DNA from: a virus
Strand: one strand, 5' to 3'
IMG/VR virus record: IMGVR_UViG_3300017971_004694
DNA length: 64,000 bases
This document shows, one piece after another, positions 29,901 through 39,039 of this stretch. The stretch's first letter is position 1. Each line of letters begins with the position of its first letter. A model generated the notes under the pieces. It made no database searches. It saw only the letters and a list, made by a program, of their open reading frames with translations, and was not told where the DNA came from. Position numbers and translations under genes: made by a program.

Positions 29901-30286
29901 ATCCTTGGGAATACCCTGCCCATCATTAAAACAAAATGTTGGAACCCAATATAGTTGGCCTTGAGAAGGTTCTTATAACCAACCTCATTTTGGGCCAAGA
30001 GGATCAGGTGCTTCCGCTTCTCAGTCCTCTTTCTTTTGCCTTCAGCCTGTATGAAATCATAGGAGTGGACAAAATACATCTCACATCCGGGAACAAATTG
30101 AACCCCAGTTCTTTTGTAAGCCTTGTGAGCATCAAAATGAGCTGCTAGGGTGCCGTGATCCGTTATAGCCAGGGCTTTTTGACCAAGTTCTTTCACCCTG
30201 TCAAAAAGCTCGTCAACGCCACACAAAGCATCCAGCATAGAACCCAAATTGGTGTGGGCATGTAGATTTACGAATTCAACGCTCAT
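26918..30286 (-). CDS. dnaE: DNA polymerase III alpha subunit (family C)
   Basis: PHP domain (HAH, TDHG, DTH), GRGS, PDIDTDF, KMDFL, GFNKSH, HhH and OB-fold; no intein evident. Confidence 0.96.
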   Translation of the reverse strand: MSVEFVNLHAHTNLGSMLDALCGVDELFDRVKELGQKALAITDHGTLAAHFDAHKAYKRTGVQFVPGCEMYFVHSYDFIQAEGKRKRTEKRKHLILLAQNEVGYKNLLKANYIGFQHFVLMMGRVFPRISWEVLEKHNEGLICTSACSSGPLSVLIMDDKLDEAQEVALRFLDIFGERFFVEIQPHHLKNERIDQKIINEGLIRLGNKLGIPLTVSVDTHYLTRDSEKYHDTLMAINSKAPVDDPNRHRYGLDEFYAKSGEEVYDFLSKHYGTEVADEALGNTVKIAGMCEPPDYMETTGNHLPVFEPEVEKDYDEFLDWRKTAKMASGLKEDVEFMRFRLVKGFKEKFGHMSTEERKERWDRVVHELKVLEANDFSSYMLVTADFINWSRENGILVGVGRGSVGGCMVAYLLGIHGVDPIEYGLLFERFQNAYKTDLPDIDTDFTSSGRDAVQNYVREKYGHDHCATVSNINSYTAKSVIPDLVKSMRNVMPGLVPEGTNYVRVSEAIKKAIPEQDNKGKRVKTLERAMELSADLRKFADRCPELMEYADQIVGMPKEFSTHAAAMVISDIPIIEFAPLRVDKNGDVAVQYEKNRCESLGLIKMDFLAISTLDVIDETFKNIRRLGMKGPERMEDIPMGDEETYKMIQNGNTRCVFQLGKSGMMVTLCKKVKPNNILDIAMVNALGRPSCSKEERQEYIDRRFGRKKISYLHPSLTKSLTPTYGLCVMEEQLMGVAQDVAGWDLNKADGLRKLTKLKGKNPELALQLEVDFIEGLMKKHDVEYEFSKNLWDQVVGKFSGYGFNKSHAVFYSINGYITAYLKCHYPAAFLAAYLKVKTERGGIHKDEEVAMAKEECRRMGIKIIPPDLNRSGASYEVLDEESIVMGFAAIKGLGEKAVAEIVNKQPYANIMEFLYKTDGRIINKTRQEVLAKAGCFDSFNLSRKGVHDGAKKNRDKMTAFIRNKKKDGYGAELVVEECAIKVEEEEWPRQELLRHEQDVLGELLTGNVNDMFPGFFTGVGTTPMARLKILPDRHNIMVEFLVKNMLREFKIKSGRYKGQMMIKYRVADVDGGETELTVWPDQYEIAKKIMKEGRQIRAKCQVSEFNGVKTIMLREIEKAQGL

Positions 30287-30609
30287 TTTCCCTTCTTTCC
30301 GTGGACATAGGCCGCCAAGGCCGTTTCAAACCGTCTGACCACTTCAGCCACGTCTTTACTTTTCTTAAACGTAAGCTTTATTTCTCTCAACTTGTCTATA
30401 CCCACTATAGAGTAATTAGGAGTTTCTATTTTAACCATACGCGTCTTATTGAATGGACGACAATTCTTACCAAATGATTTCATGGCTCCTACTATACTCT
30501 CGTCCAGGCGCACTGGTAGTATATAGGTATATACCAAACTCCTCTTGCTACAAGAGCAACCAGAACGCACTTTGAATCTAACTTTTAGTTTTTTAAGCTG
30601 GTCAAGCAT
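30283..30609 (-). CDS. Hypothetical protein
   Basis: In-operon ORF. Confidence 0.65.
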   Translation of the reverse strand: MLDQLKKLKVRFKVRSGCSCSKRSLVYTYILPVRLDESIVGAMKSFGKNCRPFNKTRMVKIETPNYSIVGIDKLREIKLTFKKSKDVAEVVRRFETALAAYVHGKKGK

Positions 30610-30610
30610 A

Positions 30611-31012
30611 TTAAATATCGGCCCTAGCCATAACTAACTCAACGGGGCCATCCTCCCCACGCGCAGAATGAACGGCCAATGACTTAACCAGATCGCCGCC
30701 CTCGTCTTCATCTTCTTTCTCTACCTCAAGCACCAGCTTAATGAAGTCTTGTTTTACGGTGAAAGAAACAACAGTTAGATCATGAGAGTCAGTATCAGTG
30801 TTCTCAAAATCTCTAAGCAAGGAGGCGCTCACCGGAGTGGAATCTGCCGCCGTAGAATGAAGCTCAAGAGACTTTAGCACATCTCCAACATCTCCATCTC
30901 CAGCCCTAATGTCATCCTTGTTTCCCTTAAGAACCGCCTTAATCTTCTCTTTCTTAACCGTGAAAGTATCAACATAAAAACCCTGAACTGCTCTAATATT
31001 CGTGTCTACCAT
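30611..31012 (-). CDS. Hypothetical acidic protein
   Basis: In-operon ORF, GGAG RBS. Confidence 0.65.
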   Translation of the reverse strand: MVDTNIRAVQGFYVDTFTVKKEKIKAVLKGNKDDIRAGDGDVGDVLKSLELHSTAADSTPVSASLLRDFENTDTDSHDLTVVSFTVKQDFIKLVLEVEKEDEDEGGDLVKSLAVHSARGEDGPVELVMARADI

Positions 31013-31022
31013 TTTTTGCTCC

Positions 31023-32321
31023 TTATCCCAGCGGATTCTCGGGAATCTCGCAGTTGTCGCCCGCTTCTTCTACGGGTTCTTCCTCAGTCTCGATCTGAGC
31101 CTGATTCAAAATTAGATCAAAAACTTTCCTATGCTTAATGGCGGCTATGACACCATCCATCAAACCTTCTTTTTGAATGTGGTCTTGGAGAGCCAACCTG
31201 CCCATATTCAGCCTCTCAGCTTCAGATTTTATAACCAAATCAAGCTCTTCTTGGGTGACCTTCATATTTTCAGCTTTGTAAATGGCTTCTAGAATAAACG
31301 ACCTTCTAATGTTCCTCTCAGCCATATCCCTGATGCGCTTTTTGGTTTCCTCATCAGGCTGGGATGCTTGAAGCTGGCCATATGTATGTTTCTCTTCATC
31401 TTCAACCCACTGCTCGGGAACTTCAAATTCGTGTGTTTCTACAAGCTTGTCTACAACCTGCTCTTCAAGAACTTGCCTTACTTGGTTCTCAGCTCTCTGC
31501 TTCGCATCCTTCTTGAACAATTCCATAAGCTCTTCATGGGAGGGGGCTTGCATCTTTTCAACAAGTTCCTCCTCATTGGGCTCTCTTCTTTCTGTGGCGA
31601 CAATAAGCTCAATTCTCACATCAGCTTCCTTGCCAGCATGCTCATGACCTTCAGGCATGGTGATTTTCTCAGTCTTCATCTTGCCAACCTTCATGCCAAC
31701 CAGATTCTCGCCAAACGGAGGTTCCTGCCCCTCGGCTATCAAGAAGTTGTTGCCCTCGCCTTTGGTAATCTCCTTTCCATCAATATGGACCCAGAAATTC
31801 ACTGTAGCCACAGAATTGAGCACAACCTCCTCAATCTTGGTCTCAACCATGTGTTGCGACCTTGCCTCTTCTATAATGTGTTCGAGGATGTGTTCTTCAT
31901 CCATTTTGGGTTGTGTAAGTTGCATGCCCACATAGCCACTTGGGACAATCTCGGGCTTGATTTCTGCATATATTTCACAGCAAAAAGTCCCGTCCATTTC
32001 AAAGTCCGCCTTTTCAATTTTGGGCTCGCCCAAGGGCTCTATCTTTTGTTCAAAACAAGCATAGAAGAAAGCCTCTTGAGATAGAATTGAAGACGCGGCA
32101 GCCTTCACATCATTGGGATGGTAAAGATCTACAAGGTGATCCGGAGCCTTCCCCTTCCTAAAGCCCTTGATTTGAACTTGCTTTCCGATTATATTACAAG
32201 CTCTTTTCATGGCCGCCTTAACAATTTCAATATCGGAGACTATTGTAAGCTTGCGCTTCAACCCTCCGAGATTCTCCATGGTTACTACGTGGTGCAGTTT
32301 ATCTTGTTCTTCTTCTGGCAT
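31023..32321 (-). CDS. tig: Trigger factor
   Basis: Ribosome-binding signature GFRKGKAP, FKBP-like middle domain, helical C-domain, 432 aa. Confidence 0.9.
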   Translation of the reverse strand: MPEEEQDKLHHVVTMENLGGLKRKLTIVSDIEIVKAAMKRACNIIGKQVQIKGFRKGKAPDHLVDLYHPNDVKAAASSILSQEAFFYACFEQKIEPLGEPKIEKADFEMDGTFCCEIYAEIKPEIVPSGYVGMQLTQPKMDEEHILEHIIEEARSQHMVETKIEEVVLNSVATVNFWVHIDGKEITKGEGNNFLIAEGQEPPFGENLVGMKVGKMKTEKITMPEGHEHAGKEADVRIELIVATERREPNEEELVEKMQAPSHEELMELFKKDAKQRAENQVRQVLEEQVVDKLVETHEFEVPEQWVEDEEKHTYGQLQASQPDEETKKRIRDMAERNIRRSFILEAIYKAENMKVTQEELDLVIKSEAERLNMGRLALQDHIQKEGLMDGVIAAIKHRKVFDLILNQAQIETEEEPVEEAGDNCEIPENPLG

Positions 32322-33936
32322 CTTCTTGCTCCTTTACAATTTTCTTGGCTTTCTCAAGCATAGTTTTTCTTCCTTCCCAAAAAGAGTTGTCTCTCGTATC
32401 AGTCCTCTCTTCCATGATAATTCTATCGATTATATCCTTAAGCGTCCTAGAGCGCAACCTCAATATCCTCTGTATTGGCGCATGTGTGCAGTGGCCAGGC
32501 ATCATTATTGCCTCGACTTTAACTATATCACCGGGTTTTAGTTCTGATTTGTGAGAAATATGAATTGAATGCCACCTTAATAGTCTGATGTCTTCCGTAT
32601 AATCCTTATTGTGCGCCGATATTGATAGAATCCTAGCCAGCCGTGGCCGTATCTTACCCTTAGCTGGCTTAATGTTAGAGCAATTTGATATAGACATTTT
32701 GGAAGAAACTTCCGCTTTGAATACAGACTTGGGACCACCAGAAAACTTCGGCGGCTTGCAGAACCACTTCAAGTCTTTCAGGCTCTTAATTTGAGGGCGC
32801 ATCTTGTTGATTCTATCCATGCTTTCTTCAAGAATATCCATCCAGATGTAAAATATGGACTGATGTATGCTGCCATCTTGGCCCCTGATCACATTGGTGA
32901 ATTTCTTTTTCGATTGCTCTGGAAATCTAAGCGCCTCCTTTTTGGTCGTGTCTCTTTCATGCTCAGTCCAACCAAAGAAATACAAAGAAGCATCTTTCCA
33001 GCAATTGGCCATCCAATTGGCGACAGCCATATAAAAACACCAAGAAATGAAGTTAGAGAAAGTATTTATGTTGAGTCTAGACATCTTGATGATGATTTCT
33101 TCTAATAATATCTCTATTCTCTGCTTATTTAGTATTTCGTCATCCGGACTGAATTGATTAGCGGTCAGTTTTGGGGCCACACTCTCATCATCCAAAGTCA
33201 GTTCATCTGGTTTTACCCAAATGTGCATTGTAGGCAGTTCTTCATCTACATCGACTTGGAAATACACAAAGCGCTTTATTTCCTCTATACTCTTTTTAGC
33301 TTCAGCTATTTCTTCAGGGTCATCTGAATTCTTCACCAACATCTTAAGATTTTCTAATTTATCTCTACAGGTCGGACAAGAATAACAATCCAAACCCTCA
33401 TAAATAAGAACAACCTTGCGGCCACCAATTAAACAGCCTGGGCAAGCAGGAACAACCCTAGATCTATAGCCCAACTCTGCTCCGATGTCTCTTAGCGTAT
33501 TGTTCTTAATCGACTCGGTTATATAGGCTCCTGGCGGCTTTATATTCTCGCCGTCATACCACTTGCCCTCTAGATATTGTCTAAGTGCTTTTGAGGTTGT
33601 ATCAATAACCCTGGCTATAACAGAACGGCTCATCGGCAAGTCATCAATGCTTATTCCTAGCCTCTCAGCTTCTTTTCTTTGCTCGCTATTAATAATAGGG
33701 AAGGGAAGCCCTTTTCTCTTTCCGCTTTTCCACTTAACCTCGTCGAACCATCTTTTACCAAACAATAAGATGGCGTTAGGTAGAATCCAGGAGTTGAATA
33801 GCGCTTCGTTTTCTCGGATTTCTTTCCAGTTTTGCGGGTCGCCTATGATTTCGTTGAAGGCATCTTTAGAGCCTACGCTTTCATAGGTTTTTTGTATGCC
33901 TAACTTTTCAGGCACAGGCCACAACTTTCTCATCAC
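32299..33936 (-). CDS. Hypothetical protein with zinc finger; possible divergent sigma-like factor
   Basis: CPGC...CPTC; SPDDEILNKQRIEILLEEI resembles a sigma region 3-4 linker. Confidence 0.55.
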   Translation of the reverse strand: MMRKLWPVPEKLGIQKTYESVGSKDAFNEIIGDPQNWKEIRENEALFNSWILPNAILLFGKRWFDEVKWKSGKRKGLPFPIINSEQRKEAERLGISIDDLPMSRSVIARVIDTTSKALRQYLEGKWYDGENIKPPGAYITESIKNNTLRDIGAELGYRSRVVPACPGCLIGGRKVVLIYEGLDCYSCPTCRDKLENLKMLVKNSDDPEEIAEAKKSIEEIKRFVYFQVDVDEELPTMHIWVKPDELTLDDESVAPKLTANQFSPDDEILNKQRIEILLEEIIIKMSRLNINTFSNFISWCFYMAVANWMANCWKDASLYFFGWTEHERDTTKKEALRFPEQSKKKFTNVIRGQDGSIHQSIFYIWMDILEESMDRINKMRPQIKSLKDLKWFCKPPKFSGGPKSVFKAEVSSKMSISNCSNIKPAKGKIRPRLARILSISAHNKDYTEDIRLLRWHSIHISHKSELKPGDIVKVEAIMMPGHCTHAPIQRILRLRSRTLKDIIDRIIMEERTDTRDNSFWEGRKTMLEKAKKIVKEQEDARRRTR

Positions 33937-33948
33937 TTTCCTTTCTTT

Positions 33949-34710
33949 CTACCAACTATTAAAACAAGGACCCTTGAAATCGCACCAGTCGCAGAGGATA
34001 GTTGGCTTTGTAATCCAACGCTCTTCTTCTGTGATTGCCTCTGCGGCTTCCAGAAGCTCTCTCTTTTGTTTCTCAACATCTTCCTTGCTGAAATCATAGC
34101 TAATGTGCATATTCCCGAATCTAAGCATAATGTAAGAACCACGGAATCTATCTACCTCTGGGAACTTGTCCAAAAGATAGATTCCATATATTCTAAGCTG
34201 CTCTGGATCCATATACTTGGGATTCTTACTCGTTTTGTAATCTTTAATGTGGTATACCCCATCTGCGTCTCGATCCAGTCTGTCGATAATACCACGAATC
34301 TCGTATTTTTCGTTAAGAGGAAGCGTAAAGTCTTTCTCCAGCTCCAATATCTCGGAACCAATTCCCTTTTCCTCAATAGCATTCAGGTATTGAACCAAAA
34401 TATCACGAGTGGTAAGCAACACTTCCGGATCCAACGAGCCTTTCTTCTCCATCTGATCTCGCTGCTTCTTAAAAGACTTTTTCATGAGACGCGCCAAGTT
34501 GCGTTTTCTCTTGCTGTCTTTTCTGTAGCTCTTGTGGAAATAATCAAGCGCACCGTGAGCAAGGGTTCCAATATCAAAGTGATCCCATTGCTTTCTGGGC
34601 AGCTTCTCCACATAGTTGTAGTAATACTTACGAGGACATTGATGGTAAGTCTTTACTTTTGAGGCTGACAAGGTGAGAATAATTGAATCTCTATCTTCTG
34701 GCTTTTTCAT
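33949..34710 (-). CDS. PD-(D/E)XK nuclease, AddB/Cas4-like with Fe-S cysteines
   Basis: LSAS..TY.QCPRKY, GIIDRLD, IKDYKTS, QLRIY, CDWCDFKGPC. Confidence 0.88.
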   Translation of the reverse strand: MKKPEDRDSIILTLSASKVKTYHQCPRKYYYNYVEKLPRKQWDHFDIGTLAHGALDYFHKSYRKDSKRKRNLARLMKKSFKKQRDQMEKKGSLDPEVLLTTRDILVQYLNAIEEKGIGSEILELEKDFTLPLNEKYEIRGIIDRLDRDADGVYHIKDYKTSKNPKYMDPEQLRIYGIYLLDKFPEVDRFRGSYIMLRFGNMHISYDFSKEDVEKQKRELLEAAEAITEEERWITKPTILCDWCDFKGPCFNSW

Positions 34711-34719
34711 GTCTTTTCC

Positions 34720-35628
34720 TTAGATGATCATGCTTCTTCTGTTATACACCCAGCGAAACACTAATGGCTGGCCTGTTTGTCTTCTGTCTCCTAAAGCTTG
34801 TGGAACTTGTGTAGGATCATAATTTTGAATGCTCTTGATCCATCTTTGTTCATTCATATCAAGGTAATAAGCGACTGCTATGCCCTTATCTGGATTATAG
34901 AAGGTTCTTAAATGACTTCCAGATATATAGGGGCTTGAGCCCAAAAGCTCACGGCCCTGAAGATATTTGACTACATCAACAGAACTACCCCATGGCCTAT
35001 TGATAGGATATACCGACTCGTCTCCATATCCATCTCTTCCATCCAGAACGATATATAGAGATCTGGGATTAAAGAATACGTTGTCGTCATTTGGCGAAGA
35101 TGCCTCGGGATCCACCGCAGAGGCAAGCTCTCTTTGTTCTGCCGGAACTGGCCCTAGCGTGACACATGTTCCTGGTCCATAGCCATCTGGCCCTGTTCTT
35201 GAGCATTTTATTTCGTAACATTTTAAAAGCTTGTCTGCATATCTAGCCGGTATTATAACTTCACCAATATCGTCGGGTTTATAACCATCAAGAACTACGG
35301 GATCAACACCATAAGCATCAACTACGACGCTTGCCCCACCATCAGCGGGAAGTCTCCTTGGGGCGCTAAGCTCCGAAGAATCGGTAGAATAAACTACGCT
35401 TAGCCTACCAGTATCAGCACCACTGACGGCAAGAACTCTTAGACGAACCGTGCCAGTTGTAGGCAAATCAATGGGAGCCAAATATATCTGAGAGAATAGA
35501 TTTGGCTCAGTGCCATCCAACGTAAAGAAGATGGTAGCCGGAACATTTGTGGTAAGTATTACATTATTAGGAATTCCGGATATAAAAAACGGACCCTGCT
35601 GGATAGCTGTGATGGTAATAACGGCCAT
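34720..35628 (-). CDS. Putative virion protein with Fn3-associated (chitobiase C-terminal-like) domain
   Basis: PATIFFTLDGTEP motif; three DGY motifs. Confidence 0.65.
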   Translation of the reverse strand: MAVITITAIQQGPFFISGIPNNVILTTNVPATIFFTLDGTEPNLFSQIYLAPIDLPTTGTVRLRVLAVSGADTGRLSVVYSTDSSELSAPRRLPADGGASVVVDAYGVDPVVLDGYKPDDIGEVIIPARYADKLLKCYEIKCSRTGPDGYGPGTCVTLGPVPAEQRELASAVDPEASSPNDDNVFFNPRSLYIVLDGRDGYGDESVYPINRPWGSSVDVVKYLQGRELLGSSPYISGSHLRTFYNPDKGIAVAYYLDMNEQRWIKSIQNYDPTQVPQALGDRRQTGQPLVFRWVYNRRSMII

Positions 35629-35644
35629 TTATACTAGACGCTCC

Positions 35645-36055
35645 TTATTTCACTAGTCTTAGGAATCCTTTGTGCTCGCTCTTCGAATCTGACTCGTTAA
35701 ATATGATTTGAGCCACTCTTCTCACAATAGAGGCCATTTCTCTCCAGCGATTATCGTAGGTTCCATGTTCTTCAATCTTCCTGGCTCTCTCCAAAGCTTC
35801 ATCGTGGAGGCCCATTAGTTCATCCTCAATCTCCATGCCTGTAAGCTTGAGATTGATTTGTTGCGCCTTATCCTGTCTGGCTGCCTGCAAAACCAATTCA
35901 TAGAAAGCATCAGGAGTAGTGTCCACATACTTAGAAAAAAACATATCAATTTTGTCTGGGACAAACTCTTTTTCCATTTCAATGCTTCCTTTCGTTTCTT
36001 GTGGCGGAAACCAGAACTTGATAAAGAATTCAAATATGTTAAACAGTATTTTCAT
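35645..36055 (-). CDS. Hypothetical protein
   Basis: In-operon ORF; start uncertain. Confidence 0.6.
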   Translation of the reverse strand: MKILFNIFEFFIKFWFPPQETKGSIEMEKEFVPDKIDMFFSKYVDTTPDAFYELVLQAARQDKAQQINLKLTGMEIEDELMGLHDEALERARKIEEHGTYDNRWREMASIVRRVAQIIFNESDSKSEHKGFLRLVK

Positions 36056-36230
36056 CTTTAGGTTCGGGTCCTCTGTAAATAACTACATACTGCTCGGCGC
36101 GTTTCTTCCAACGGCACTTGTGAATAAAATCCATTAGATTGAAATCACGACTTAATTCTTTGTACCAGAAACTAAGAGCTTTGCGCACAGCTCTATGTAG
36201 TTCTAGGTCTATCCACTGCTTAATGATCAT
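36039..36230 (-). CDS. Small hypothetical protein
   Basis: AAGGAGG RBS upstream. Confidence 0.7.
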   Translation of the reverse strand: MIIKQWIDLELHRAVRKALSFWYKELSRDFNLMDFIHKCRWKKRAEQYVVIYRGPEPKDENTV

Positions 36231-36279
36231 TAGACACCTCCTTGGGCGTCAACGACCATATGGACATCGGACGCCCGAT

Positions 36280-36900
36280 CTACGTTCGTTCAGGGGGTTT
36301 TTCGCTACTATCCGAGTCCATTACTCCTCCTAGAATTACTTTCTCGTAAAACTTTTCTAACTCTGTATGTGTTTCTTCTAATGTATTGGAAGTATTCCAA
36401 AACTTAGGGTGATGTATAACATCCTTTAAGTTTATCTTAGTTCCGGGGATCCTATCCAAAGCTAATTCCTCTTTGTAATTCCTCAGGACCAATATTAGAT
36501 TGGCATCAGCAAAGTGCGTAAAGTATGTGCATTCCATTTGCGTTCTAACATCGGAAATAACTGCACGTTTCACACCACTATCCCCTATGGCCTTGAGAGT
36601 CAAGTGCATAAAATGCGTGGGATTTTCAACCTCTTTGCATTTCTCAGCACTAAACTTCCATAGTCCATCGCGAATCTTTTGTTCAAGCTCGGTGCCTCTT
36701 GCTGCCTTGAACTGCTCTTCGCTATAGCCACTTTCAGCGTAATAGCCCTTCTTAATTTCGTCTGCTACAGCAAACTTGGCAAAACCTTTCTCAACAAGAA
36801 AATCGGCAACAGTATCTTTGCCCGCGCCCGGAGCGCCTATCAGGCCAATAATGTTGATGTCCCAAAAGGGATTGTCTTTAAAAGTCATACTCTTCCCCAT
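36280..36900 (-). CDS. Deoxynucleoside monophosphate kinase (T4 gp1-like)
   Basis: P-loop GAPGAGKDT, FAVADEIK, ISDVR. Confidence 0.8.
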   Translation of the reverse strand: MGKSMTFKDNPFWDINIIGLIGAPGAGKDTVADFLVEKGFAKFAVADEIKKGYYAESGYSEEQFKAARGTELEQKIRDGLWKFSAEKCKEVENPTHFMHLTLKAIGDSGVKRAVISDVRTQMECTYFTHFADANLILVLRNYKEELALDRIPGTKINLKDVIHHPKFWNTSNTLEETHTELEKFYEKVILGGVMDSDSSEKPPERT

Positions 36901-36921
36901 TAATACTGATAAATTGATAGT

Positions 36922-39039
36922 TTATCTCAACACACTACCAGATGGCCCCATGTGGACCGTTATTACATGCTCGAACTTTTCTTTCATATATTCATTATGG
37001 GTAATTACTAATATCTTGAATTCATTAGACAATTTGGCGATGGCCTCAGCAAGTGCCTCAAGGCCATGTCGATCAAGAGCTTGATCCACCTCATCAAAAA
37101 GTAGGAACCTCACATTGCTTCCAACACGGCGCATCAATAATTGGCTCAGAGCCAGCCTAATAGCTATGGAAATTCTGACCTGTTCCCCACCACTAACATC
37201 CTCAAAGTCATACTTCTCACCGTCCATATCTATAACAATATCAAAGTCTTCCTTCCAAGAGCCCGTCCCGGTCTGTCTCTGGGTTACAAAATCAATCGAG
37301 ATGGGTCTGTAGTATATGTTCCTAAGAATCGAATTGGCGAATTGCCTCAAGTCTTCGGTAATGTTCTCCAAGATAATGGCCTGAATTCCATCTTTGCCGA
37401 AAGCCTTGGTAAGCTTAGAATACACAGCCATGTTCGCTGAAACAACCTCAAGCTCTCCCTCAATCGTCTCCTTTTCTGATTGTCTCCTCTCTAATCTACT
37501 TCCATATCCTTTGATATTTCCCTGTTCGATACTCAGCCTTATCAGCTCCTCGCGCAGCTCAGGCAAACTAACACTGGGATCGTCGTCTTCAGCCCCACCC
37601 AAGTGCATTTGTATGATTTTTGCACGCTCATTTAGATCTGACCACTCTTTTGCAATAATAGCAAAATCTCTTTGGGCTGCCTCATTGCTTCTAGTAAGCT
37701 CCGAGATTGTTCCCATATGCTTGGAAATAATAAGCCCAGTTCTCTCTATCTCCACAAGCGCACTATTAGCTTTTTCTACAACACTTTTCTCTCTGTTAAT
37801 TTCCCTTTCAAGCTCACGAGCTTTGATTTTTTCTTCTTTTATGCACCCTTCTAGGAACTTCTTCTTGGCCTTGCGCCTTTTTGCAACGCCCTTTGGATTC
37901 TCCATTTCGGTCAAACAAACTGGGCACTCTGTTCCAGGCTCAAGAGAGGTTAGTCTTGCTAGGTCTATCTCATACTGGCTTATTTTCCTGTCGCGTTCAT
38001 TCTTTTCTCTAACCTTTTCTTCCAGAGCCACAACATCACAGCTCCACCGTGGAGCGTTCTTGCCCGTCTTCTGCTTGTATAGGCTCCTTATCTTACTACT
38101 ATCTTCATGCGGAACAGCTAAGGCTTCTAAATAGTAAGCCACAAGCTTATCTTCTAAGCTACTACAATCATTATGAGCAATAGCTATTCCTGAGTTGTTA
38201 GATTTCACTCTTTCTTTAAGAGTATTTCTTTGTTCTAATATCTCCTCACTTCTTTTCTTAATTTGATGGAGTTCGCCGGCAAGTTGTTTTTTACTACCAA
38301 GAGGACCAGAACAATTCGCCAGATTTTTTTCTAACTTTTCTATTTCATTTTTGACTCTGGAAACTTGCTCTTCGCTATTTCTCAGCTTCTTTGTATTTTC
38401 AGCTATTTCCTCTTCCACATTTTTAAGTGGATCCAGCCTGTCGTCCAGAATCTTTTTCTTTTCTTCTAATTTCTTCTCGGCGCCTTTAGAAATCTTTTGA
38501 AATTCGTCCCAAATGCCTATCTGTAAAGCTTCCTTCAGTATCTCCTTGCGCTTACTTACTCGGGCATAGGCAAAACCAGACAAATCGTTCTGCCTGAAAT
38601 ACACGATGTTGACGAAAGTATCATCATTCATGCCCACCGTTTCTATAATCTTTCTGTTTGTAGCACTGGGAGTGTCACAAGTATAGCCCTCTGGCTTGTA
38701 TTCATCTCCAACCTTTTTAGTGAAATCCAGCGTGATGATGCCGCTCTTCGCATTCAAGGTTCTAATTATTTTGTATTCTTCATCGTCAACAGAGAATATA
38801 AGTTCCACTTTGCAAGAGGGCTTGCCCCTCTTTACCACTTTGCTCTTGGTACTATACTTACACTTACCATACAGAGCAAATCGTATGGCCTCCATAATAG
38901 AACTTTTGCCTACACCGTTCGCTATATCCGAGTTACCTTCGAAAGAACCCACCACAAGTGCAGAGTTAAATACTGTGAAGTCCAACACAGAATAAATATG
39001 AGACACGAAGTTCTCAAGAGTTAGTTTGATGGGAATCAT
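36922..39039 (-). CDS. sbcC: SbcC/Rad50-like SMC ATPase
   Basis: NGVGKSS, Q-loop FRQ, CPVC zinc hook, SGGEQ, LLFDE, H-loop ITH. Confidence 0.92.
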   Translation of the reverse strand: MIPIKLTLENFVSHIYSVLDFTVFNSALVVGSFEGNSDIANGVGKSSIMEAIRFALYGKCKYSTKSKVVKRGKPSCKVELIFSVDDEEYKIIRTLNAKSGIITLDFTKKVGDEYKPEGYTCDTPSATNRKIIETVGMNDDTFVNIVYFRQNDLSGFAYARVSKRKEILKEALQIGIWDEFQKISKGAEKKLEEKKKILDDRLDPLKNVEEEIAENTKKLRNSEEQVSRVKNEIEKLEKNLANCSGPLGSKKQLAGELHQIKKRSEEILEQRNTLKERVKSNNSGIAIAHNDCSSLEDKLVAYYLEALAVPHEDSSKIRSLYKQKTGKNAPRWSCDVVALEEKVREKNERDRKISQYEIDLARLTSLEPGTECPVCLTEMENPKGVAKRRKAKKKFLEGCIKEEKIKARELEREINREKSVVEKANSALVEIERTGLIISKHMGTISELTRSNEAAQRDFAIIAKEWSDLNERAKIIQMHLGGAEDDDPSVSLPELREELIRLSIEQGNIKGYGSRLERRQSEKETIEGELEVVSANMAVYSKLTKAFGKDGIQAIILENITEDLRQFANSILRNIYYRPISIDFVTQRQTGTGSWKEDFDIVIDMDGEKYDFEDVSGGEQVRISIAIRLALSQLLMRRVGSNVRFLLFDEVDQALDRHGLEALAEAIAKLSNEFKILVITHNEYMKEKFEHVITVHMGPSGSVLR

